Shown: piece by piece, positions 28,446-36,800 of the stretch
Numbering within the stretch: position 1 is the first letter of the stretch
Layout of the letters: each line of letters opens with the position of its first letter
Source of the DNA: an uncultured Chitinophagales bacterium
GTDB lineage: Bacteria > Bacteroidota > Bacteroidia > Chitinophagales > CAZNGA01
Direction: 5' to 3'
Assembly (NCBI GenBank): GCA_964572485.1
Contig: CAZNGA010000004.1
Location: forward strand, 3,196-67,195
Length of the DNA stretch: 64,000 nucleotides
Translations under genes and position numbers: made by a program
The notes under the pieces: generated by a model
Database searches by the model: none
The model's input: only the letters and a program-made list of their open reading frames with translations
What the model was told of the DNA's origin: nothing

Positions 28446-29468
28446 TTAATGTACTTCCCAGGTTTGACCACTATTCAAGAGGTCATCCATATTATTGATC
28501 TTTGCATTTGATCTGGCTTCATCTATCTGCTCATATACCAACTGGTCATATGTGGAAGAAGGTACTGACCGAATGATCCCCAGGGCAAATGGGAATTCTG
28601 GAGGGGACATACGGATCAGCATCAAATGCATGGTGGGATCAATCTCTTGAGCATCATGCACTAATATATCGTCTTCCTTACTACCGTTCTCTCCGATTGT
28701 CACAACCTCTAATGATAATCCTTTTAATATGATCCCCCTATCTCTGTTCTTGCCAAATATCATGGGCTTCCCATGCTCAAGATACAACTGCCTCTCAGGT
28801 GCTACCTCTTTAGCGGTAACATCATGATGTATCTTATCGTTAAATATGACACAATTTTGCAATATTTCTACCAGCGAAGCGCCACGGTGGTTCTCAGCTT
28901 CCACAAATAACTGGGACATATGTTTTGGGTTCTTATCTATGGCCCTGGCAAAAAAGTTGCCCTTTGACCCAATAGCAAGTTCTCCAATACTAAATGGATC
29001 TTCCAAAGCTCCAAACGGAGTGGATTTAGTTTTTAATCCTTTGGGGGATGTGGGAGAATATTGCCCCTTCGTTAATCCATAGATCTCGTTATTGAATACT
29101 AGAATATTGATGTCAATATTTCTTCGTATAGCATGAATAAATTGATTCCCTCCAATGGCAAGAGCATCACCATCACCTTGAATTTCCCAAACGCAAAGTT
29201 CAGGATTAGCTAATTTTACACCTGTTGCAATTGCCGGACCTCTCCCATGTATAGTATGAAATCCATAGGTATTGACAAAATATGGAAATCGTGCCGCACA
29301 ACCAATACCTGATATGAAAGTAATGTCTTCTTTCTTCTTACCAAGATGGGGAAGTGCTTTCCTCATAGCCGACAAGATGGCGTAGTCCCCACAACCGGGG
29401 CACCAACTTTCAGTTTGCTGGGTTGCAAGATCGGCTTTGCCAAACGGGGCTGTTGCTTTTTCACTCAT
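28446..29468 (-). CDS. korB: 2-oxoacid (2-oxoglutarate):ferredoxin oxidoreductase, beta (TPP-binding) subunit
   Basis: WCPGCGDY...GIGC...GDGDALAIGGNQFIHAIRRN is the TPP-binding OFOR beta signature. 4-nt overlap with korA. Substrate assigned only by family resemblance. Confidence 0.85.
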   Translation of the reverse strand: MSEKATAPFGKADLATQQTESWCPGCGDYAILSAMRKALPHLGKKKEDITFISGIGCAARFPYFVNTYGFHTIHGRGPAIATGVKLANPELCVWEIQGDGDALAIGGNQFIHAIRRNIDINILVFNNEIYGLTKGQYSPTSPKGLKTKSTPFGALEDPFSIGELAIGSKGNFFARAIDKNPKHMSQLFVEAENHRGASLVEILQNCVIFNDKIHHDVTAKEVAPERQLYLEHGKPMIFGKNRDRGIILKGLSLEVVTIGENGSKEDDILVHDAQEIDPTMHLMLIRMSPPEFPFALGIIRSVPSSTYDQLVYEQIDEARSNAKINNMDDLLNSGQTWEVH

Positions 29469-31297
29469 TTTATGTGTTTAACTATTTCGTGTTTTAATTC
29501 TGAGGTTGCGAATGGTTGTCCTTCCACTTTGTTAAATTTTTGAAATTTATATTCGGGGAACTCGCTTTGCAGATGGTCACCAAATTGGCCAAGGTTCAAT
29601 TCACAAACTAGTATTTTCTTAAAACTGCTAAAGATCTCCTTAGTATTTTTCGGCAGAGGATGAATATGCTTGAATTGCACCCAACTGACATCTACAGACT
29701 CTTTTTTTAGGTCTTTAATAGCAGTAAATAAAGCTCCTGAAGTGCTTCCCCAACCGACCACCAACAATTCACCCTTTTTATCACCGTAGATCTTTTGATC
29801 AGGGATATATTGGGCAATACGATCTATTTTTTCTTTTCTCAACGCCACCATTGTGGCATGGTTTTTAGAGTCATAGGATATCGCCCCGGTTAAATTATCC
29901 TTTTCCACCCCTCCGATCCTATGTTCCATAGATTTTGTTCCTGGCAGGGCAACCTTTCTTACAAGCGTAGCCAAGTCTCTTTTATAGGGATGGAATGGAC
30001 TTCCATTCTTCTTCGCAAGTGGAATATTTATTTTTGGCAGTTCGACCATTGAAGGATATTTCCATGGTTCTGCTCCATTAGCCAAATAACTGTCAGATAA
30101 TAAGATGACTGGGGTCATATGTTCCAGTGCCAACCTTGATGCTTCAAATGCAAAATCAAAACACTCCACAGGAGTTCCGGGTGCTAGTATGACAAGGGGA
30201 GCTTCCCCATGCCTTCCATAAAGCGCTTGTTGTAAGTCCGTTTGTGCTGTCTTTGTTGGCATCCCGGTGGATGGACCTGCTCGTTGTACGTTTACCACAA
30301 CCAAGGGTAGTTCTGTCATAACAGCCAATCCTAAAGCTTCGCTCTTCAATGATATTCCCGGTCCTGAAGATGTTGTTGCTGCCAGATTACCGGAAAAACT
30401 TGCCCCTATTGCCATACAGATAGCTGAGATCTCATCCTCTGCCTGAACAGTTATTACACCTAATTGCTTATGTTTGGCAAGTTCATGCAAAATGTCAGAA
30501 GCAGGAGTAATTGGATAGGAACCACAAAACAATTGTTTCTCACTTTTTTCTGCTGCAGCCATCAAACCCCAGGCAAGGGCATTATTTCCAGATATGGTTC
30601 GATAGCTTCCTTTTTCGTGCTTTGCAGGAGGCACTTTATATGCTGACGGAAATGCTTCAATGGTCTCAGCATAGAAGTATCCGGCGCTCAGTGCTTTTTT
30701 GTTAGCTAAAATAATTGCAGGGTATTTCTTGAATTTCTCCTCAATAAACGACAAGGTCTCTTCTAAAGAGCGATCGAAAAGCCAAAACATGATACCCAAT
30801 GCAAACATATTCTTGCTACGGATTATTGTCTTATTATCGATTTCCATGTCCACTAATGCTGTTCTGGTCATAGAGGAGATCGGAGCCTCAATAATATTAT
30901 AATCGCTTAAACTATTATCCTCTAACGGGTTCGTTGAAAAACCAGCTTTTTCAATGCTCCGGGTATCAAAAGCATCATTATCAATGATAATGTTACCACC
31001 CTTTTTTAAACCTTCCAGGTTTTTCATTAAAGCGGCAGGATTCATGGCTACCAATACATCAACTTCATCTCCGGGAGTATAAATTTCAATTTTCCCGATT
31101 TGAACCTGAAAACCGGAAACTCCGTCAACTGTACCTTGAGGGGCACGAATTTCAGCTGGAAAATCCGGGTAAGTAGCCAGGTCATTACCATATAAGGCAG
31201 CGATAAAAGTGAATTGGGATCCTGTCATTTGCATCCCATCTCCCGAATCACCTGCAAAATGGATGACGATATTCTCATATTCCTTCCTTGGTGTCAT
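29465..31297 (-). CDS. korA: 2-oxoacid (2-oxoglutarate):ferredoxin oxidoreductase, alpha subunit (fused gamma-alpha type)
   Basis: 610 aa. N-terminal gamma-like GDSGDGMQ..G, then the alpha domain GSYPITPASDILHEL...AEDEISA. Confidence 0.85.
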   Translation of the reverse strand: MTPRKEYENIVIHFAGDSGDGMQMTGSQFTFIAALYGNDLATYPDFPAEIRAPQGTVDGVSGFQVQIGKIEIYTPGDEVDVLVAMNPAALMKNLEGLKKGGNIIIDNDAFDTRSIEKAGFSTNPLEDNSLSDYNIIEAPISSMTRTALVDMEIDNKTIIRSKNMFALGIMFWLFDRSLEETLSFIEEKFKKYPAIILANKKALSAGYFYAETIEAFPSAYKVPPAKHEKGSYRTISGNNALAWGLMAAAEKSEKQLFCGSYPITPASDILHELAKHKQLGVITVQAEDEISAICMAIGASFSGNLAATTSSGPGISLKSEALGLAVMTELPLVVVNVQRAGPSTGMPTKTAQTDLQQALYGRHGEAPLVILAPGTPVECFDFAFEASRLALEHMTPVILLSDSYLANGAEPWKYPSMVELPKINIPLAKKNGSPFHPYKRDLATLVRKVALPGTKSMEHRIGGVEKDNLTGAISYDSKNHATMVALRKEKIDRIAQYIPDQKIYGDKKGELLVVGWGSTSGALFTAIKDLKKESVDVSWVQFKHIHPLPKNTKEIFSSFKKILVCELNLGQFGDHLQSEFPEYKFQKFNKVEGQPFATSELKHEIVKHIK

Positions 31298-31333
31298 AGT
31301 ACCACTATATCATTTATATAAATAAAATATTGA

Positions 31334-31549
31334 TCAAGGCTTGTTATGAGACCCATCACAAAGCAGGCCGACCTTTGCTTTACCACAACCGCATATGGAG
31401 ATGATTGTTGATCCCTTCAGGTCCATTTCTTTCCCATCATTATCTTTCAAAATAACGGCACCTCTCACAACGATAGGGCCTGCTCTTCTGACAGTAATCT
31501 CTGTTAGCTTTTGTTCATTATTCATTTTCAATTCAATTAATTTTATCAT
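31334..31549 (-). CDS. Small CDGSH-type iron-sulfur domain protein
   Basis: C-terminal CGCGKAKVGLLCDGSH has exactly the spacing of the CDGSH motif C-x-C-x2-(S/T)-x3-P-x-C-D-G-(S/A/T)-H, with A and L replacing the S/T and P positions. An alternative ATG at 31525 gives 63 aa. Confidence 0.7.
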   Translation of the reverse strand: MIKLIELKMNNEQKLTEITVRRAGPIVVRGAVILKDNDGKEMDLKGSTIISICGCGKAKVGLLCDGSHNKP

Positions 31550-31993
31550 CTATACCCATGCTCTTTGAATTGAAGAAAAAGGCCATGGTATTGCAACTAC
31601 AATTAGTATCAATCCTATTAAATAAAATATTGCTGTGCGTTTGTGTTTTTTAATAGATAAGCTGGCCTTTTTAACAAGAATTCTGCCAAGCGTAATAAAT
31701 GCGATAGCGATTACCATGATAGATATGTGTTCTACTGTCCAGAATCTCAATTCGGTATCTTTCATGGCCTCGCTCATATTGGTCAATCCACTTCTTACAA
31801 AGGGACTTAAGATATACAAAATGATTCCAATTATGAGCTGCAAATGGATAGCAGATACAGCCATTATGGTTATAATATGATCTGCTCTCGTGAAATCTCG
31901 CTTTTTCAACCAACCATATAGTGATCGGATGATTGCAATCACTAAGAAGATCAAAACGAAATATCGTAGTATAGAATGCAATAGTAATATCAT
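31550..31993 (-). CDS. Conserved-looking 4-TM membrane protein with His in TM1-3 (possible b-type haem binder); function unknown
   Basis: Four hydrophobic helices. His residues in HSILRY, AIHLQL and TVEHIS. Ends in IPWPFSS. From memory, similar small proteins in related genomes are sometimes labelled cytochrome b; I cannot verify this here. Confidence 0.45.
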   Translation of the reverse strand: MILLLHSILRYFVLIFLVIAIIRSLYGWLKKRDFTRADHIITIMAVSAIHLQLIIGIILYILSPFVRSGLTNMSEAMKDTELRFWTVEHISIMVIAIAFITLGRILVKKASLSIKKHKRTAIFYLIGLILIVVAIPWPFSSIQRAWV

Positions 31994-32011
31994 AATAGTA
32001 AAATAGTTAAT

Positions 32012-32359
32012 TTAAATATGCATATGATCTTTTTTTGCTAGCAATTGCTCTTCAGATTCCCTGTGATCAGGATCATCTTTACAGCAATCTACCGGACAAA
32101 CCGATGCACATTGGGGCTCATCATGAAATCCTTTGCACTCCGTGCATTTATCGGTAACTATATAAAAGAATTCATCAGAAATTGCTTCTTGCTCTGTTTC
32201 AGCATCAAAAGAATTTCCTGTTGGGGTAGTCACTGGTCCACTTAAAGAGTTTCCATCTGAATAGTGCCAATTAATCCCACCTTCGTAAATTGCATTATTA
32301 GGACATTCCGGCTCACATGCCCCACAATTAATACATTCATCCGTAATAATTATCGCCAT
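32012..32359 (-). CDS. 2x[4Fe-4S] ferredoxin with a central insertion
   Basis: [12 protein letters not shown] and [18 protein letters not shown] cluster motifs; 115 aa. Confidence 0.9.
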   Translation of the reverse strand: MAIIITDECINCGACEPECPNNAIYEGGINWHYSDGNSLSGPVTTPTGNSFDAETEQEAISDEFFYIVTDKCTECKGFHDEPQCASVCPVDCCKDDPDHRESEEQLLAKKDHMHI

Positions 32360-32396
32360 TACTTTTCAATTTATTTTTTATAAAATTTCTTTCAAA

Positions 32397-32861
32397 TTAG
32401 GTGTTCTGATCATTAAACTGACGCATGAGCATTTTGTCTAGATTTTTCTCATCCTCAATAAGATCCTCTAGAGAAAGATTATCCAATATGCTATCCATAG
32501 AATATTGAAGAATCTTCCAAAAGGAACGTATGCTACAATTTACTGAGTTATTACATGATGCAGTTGTACCTTTCTTGTCATCGCAGTGTGATTCATCAAA
32601 TAACAGTCCGCCCAAGGAAGTAAATAGGACACGCAAATTCATTTCATTAGCAGGGCGAGCGAGCTTATATCCTCCGGCATGCCCCTGAGTGCTGACAATA
32701 AATCCTGCCTTTCTCAGGATCCCACAGAACTTTGCTGTATTATGAAATGACATTCCCTCCATCTGGCTTATTGCCGGAATGCTTAATCCCGTTCCATTGT
32801 CATCTCTGGCAATTCTTAATAAAATCCTTAAACCGTATTCATCATGTGCTGTTATTTTCAT
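32397..32861 (-). CDS. Rrf2-family (IscR/NsrR-like) transcriptional regulator
   Basis: N-terminal MKITAHDEYGLRILLRIARD...LSIPAISQMEGMS wHTH. A Cys-rich C-terminal half (C..C......C) is compatible with an Fe-S ligand set. Confidence 0.8.
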   Translation of the reverse strand: MKITAHDEYGLRILLRIARDDNGTGLSIPAISQMEGMSFHNTAKFCGILRKAGFIVSTQGHAGGYKLARPANEMNLRVLFTSLGGLLFDESHCDDKKGTTASCNNSVNCSIRSFWKILQYSMDSILDNLSLEDLIEDEKNLDKMLMRQFNDQNT

Positions 32862-32882
32862 GCAATGTGTTTAATATGAATA

Positions 32883-33422
32883 TCAACCTTCGAACTTAGG
32901 AACGTCAGATCCACACATGGGATCACTTTTGTCAATATCATCATAATCCTTAGCGCTGATAGATGGGCCTCGTCTATTACAGTTATCTGCATAGATCTCA
33001 GTCAGTAGTCCAGAGATCTCTTCAGGAGTTTTATCAACAAGGTCATGTCTGTGAAATATAGATAGTATTTTGCCATTTCTAAAAAGGGTTAATGAGGGAG
33101 ATGATGGCTCATAATCTGCAAGATATTTATTACGATAATGAGTCACTGCTTCTTTCTCCATACCTGCAAATAGAGTTAGCAACTTATCCGGTATCAAATC
33201 AGTTTGTACTGAATGCATGGCACCTGGCCTTACAGCTCCGGCAGCACATCCGCACACAGAATTCAATAGGACAAGAGCCACCTTATCATCTTGGCTTTCC
33301 AGCATATTATCTACATCCTGGGGGGTGAGCAATTCTTCAAAACCGATTCCGGTTAATTCATCTCTCAAAGGCTGAACTGCTACCGGATCATAATTTGGTT
33401 GATTTGTAATACTAGGGTTCAT
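32883..33422 (-). CDS. Bacilliredoxin-like protein (BrxA/B, YphP/YqiW, DUF1094 family) with about 30 extra C-terminal residues
   Basis: PLRDELTGIGFEELLTPQDVDNML...LVLLNSVCGCAAGAVRPGA...LFAGMEKEA...SSPSLTLF aligns by eye along its length to B. subtilis YphP, including the redox CGC motif. Confidence 0.8.
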   Translation of the reverse strand: MNPSITNQPNYDPVAVQPLRDELTGIGFEELLTPQDVDNMLESQDDKVALVLLNSVCGCAAGAVRPGAMHSVQTDLIPDKLLTLFAGMEKEAVTHYRNKYLADYEPSSPSLTLFRNGKILSIFHRHDLVDKTPEEISGLLTEIYADNCNRRGPSISAKDYDDIDKSDPMCGSDVPKFEG

Positions 33423-33454
33423 TGTTAATTATTTAGTTATTTATTAAAGTTCAA

Positions 33455-33471
33455 CGAGCCATTTCGGCTCG
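33455..33471. promoter_or_regulatory. GC-rich inverted repeat CGAGCC-ATTTC-GGCTCG in the leader of the redox operon
   Basis: Read directly. 33 nt upstream of the brx-like ATG and downstream of the -7 box. Could be an Rrf2 operator or a 5'-UTR hairpin. Confidence 0.3.
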
Positions 33472-33498
33472 CCTTATCTGATTTCGATGGTAAAGGTA

Positions 33499-33506
33499 CA
33501 AATTTA
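33499..33506 (-). promoter_or_regulatory. -7 box TAAATTTG upstream of the brx-like gene / redox operon
   Basis: Exact TAnnTTTG on the minus strand, 77 nt from the ATG. No well-spaced -33 TTG. Confidence 0.35.
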
Positions 33507-33722
33507 TTTCATTTTAGACAAAATAATATAAATTAATTTATACATTAAAGTCTATATTAAGCTCAAAACTATTATTCAGCCAATAAAGTTCCCAAACAAC
33601 AAATAATATGGAAGAAGTAGATATAAATTCCCTTAAATCAGAAAGTATAAAATGAGGTGCTTTCAAAGTAATTTAAATAGGGCTATAAGAATACATGGGT
33701 TTATCACTTTTGCTCCCGGCAA

Positions 33723-33749
33723 ATATTATCCCATTTCGTAGGATAATAT
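33723..33749. promoter_or_regulatory. Inverted repeat ATATTATCC-(9 nt)-GGATAATAT upstream of the 3,722-aa gene
   Basis: Read directly; 9-bp perfect arms with loop CATTTCGTA. About 92 nt before the ATG at 33841. Confidence 0.3.
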
Positions 33750-33840
33750 CAGCAATATATCTATTTTTAAACTGTATAATAGTGCTCATTTTTTACCAAA
33801 GCAACAAATATTTATTTTAGAATTATTTAACCATAAAGAG

Positions 33841-36800
33841 ATGAAAGCGATACTAAGGTCATTGATCAATTATATTCAAAATAACTTGAAGCTCATTTCA
33901 ACATGCATTGCAATCCTGTTCTGCTTTTTACAATTGAAGAGTTATGGGCAAATTGAAATGCAACGAGCTTATGGTGGTACCGGACATGAATATGGCCAGT
34001 GCATCGAGCAGACCTCTGATGACGGTTACATTATGGCAGGTTACACAACTGGTTTTGGAGCCGGAGGAGTTGACGGCTACTTCATAAAAACTGATAGTAA
34101 AGGAAATGTTTCCTGGTCAAGGGTTGTCGGCGGAACAGGTACTGATTATATAATGTCCGTTGAGCAAACATCTGACGGTGGTTATATTGGTGTTGGATAT
34201 ACTAATAGTTCAGGTTTTGGAGGATATGAAGTCTATTTGGTGAAATTGTCTTCAACAGGTACCGTGAGTTGGACAAGAACTATAGGTTGGACGGGAAATG
34301 ACTATGGAAGAGATGTTAAGCAAACCTCTGATAATGGATATATCATAGCCGGCTATACAAGTAGTTATGGTGCAGGGAGTTATGACATGTATATCCTCAA
34401 AACTTCCTCTACCGGAGCTATAACATGGAGTAGGACAATAGGAGGAGTAAGTTCTGATTATGCCATGGGAGTTGAGATTAACTCAGATGCAACCTATTCT
34501 GTAGTGGGTTATACGTATAGCGCTGGTTTTGGGAATACAGATGTTTATTTTGCCCGCCTTAATACTGCGGGATCCGTATTAATAACCAGAACTTATGGAT
34601 ATAGCAATTACGATTATGGGAGATCCATTGAACAAACAAGTGACGGGGGTTGGATAATTGCAGGGAACACTAGAAGTTTTGGAGCAGGGTTATATGATCT
34701 TTATGCGATCAAACTTAATACCAGCTATAGTATTTCATGGTCTCGGGTATATGGTGGTTCATCCAATGATTATGGTTATTCCGCTACGCAAACCAGTGAT
34801 TTAGGATATCTCATTTCAGGATATATGGCAAGTTCCGGAGCAGGAGGTTACGATATGATCAACATTAAAACAAATTCCTCTGGTGTTGCAACAAGTTCAA
34901 GGACATACGGGGGTACCGGCTCCGATTATGGATATGTTGGCATACAAACCTCAGATGGGGGATTTGCCACATTAGGCTCCACAGCTTCAATGGGCTCAGG
35001 AGGTAATGATTTTTACCTGGTAAAAACGGATGGTACCGGAAACTCAGGATGCTCTGATGCAAGTGCAACTTATTCCAGCGGAACTGCTGCGACATTAATA
35101 TTGGTTGGCGGTTCATATAATAGTGGAGGAATAATGCTATCAGGCCCTTCGACGAATAGCGCCCCTTCTACATCGAATTACTTAAATTGCACTAATTGTG
35201 ACCTGTCTGTAAATGCAGGTACTGATAATTCTGTTTGTTTGGGAAGCTCAGTAGGTATTGGAGGCAGCCCAACTGCATCAGGAGGGACCACACCCCACAC
35301 GTATAGTTGGTCATTGGGATCGAGCTTAAATAGCACCACAGTATCTAATCCAACATCTACCCCAACGCAAACCTCTCAGTATATTGTAACCGTTACTGAT
35401 GCCAATGGTTGTGAACAAACCTTAACTGATACAGTATTGATATCGTTGAAAAGACTCGTTGCAAAAGCCGGACCGGATGTATCAATCTGCAGAGGTTCCG
35501 GCACATCGCTTAATGTGGATGCTTCTTTGTTGTATGATGATTTTGATCCAGGGATCGATTCTTCCCAATGGAGCAATTTAAGCGGCGGATCGCCGGGAAC
35601 AAGTTGTGGTTCCGTAAGTGGAAATGCACTTTATTTTAGTGGGACATCTACCCGATCCATCACCACAAATAATCTAAATACAATTGGCGCGAATACAGTT
35701 TCGTTCTACCTGAAAATTGGCAGCGGTGCACCGCCATGCGAAAATGCTGAACCGGGGGAAGATGTAGTACTTGAATATTCCACAAATAGCGGAACCTCAT
35801 GGACAACAATTGCTACTTATATTGAATCAGCGTATCCCACCTTTACTTCGCTGAATACTACCATTCCAATGACTGCTAAAACTAGCAGTACCATGTTCAG
35901 ATGGAGGCAACTCTCCCATTCAGGGGGATGTTGCGACCATTGGTCTTTAGATAATATCAAAATATTAAGTTCTAATTTCTCTTATTCATGGACACCAACT
36001 ACAGGGTTAAGTAGTGCTACCGTATATAACCCAACAGCTTCTCCTACAGCTACAACAAGCTATATTATTACTGTAACCGGTGCTAATGGCTGTACGGAAA
36101 AAGATACGACCATTGTAACTGTTTCTGATATGTCATCTGTAACAACAAAAACAGATGCAAGCTGTAACGGATATTCTGACGGAACAGCTTCTGTTGATGT
36201 ATCAGGCGGACTTCCTTCTTATTCTTATTCATGGTCGAATGCTTTGTCAACTTCTTCTATTTCAGGATTAACTGCAGGAACCTATGGAGTTACCATCACT
36301 GATGACATTGGCTGCACTAATACAAACTCTGCTGTAATTACTGAACCCGCTGCAACAACATCTTCGATCTCCCAAACAAATGTTAGCTGCAAAGCAGGAA
36401 GTGATGGAAGCATTGACCTGACAGTTTCAGGAAATTCATTCTCTGCATCCTGCGAATCGACCAGTACCGGCTGTGGCACAGGCTCAAGCACCATAGTGGG
36501 AACCAACACTACATACGTTAGTGCTACAGGATATCCTGCTCCCTATGGCAACTATTATAAAAATGGAGTTATGCAAATGCTATTCACTGCCAGCGAACTA
36601 AATGCAGCAGGTATTGATACAGGTACAATTACTTCTATTGCTCTAAATATTGCCAGTCTTAATTCATCAACTACCACCTATAAGAATTTTTCCATTAAGA
36701 TGGGGTGTACAAATTCGGCAAATTTAGGGGCGGGAGTAGTCTCAGGACTTACTACCGTTTTTACAACAAAAGATATTACGATCAGTACGGGCTGGAATAC

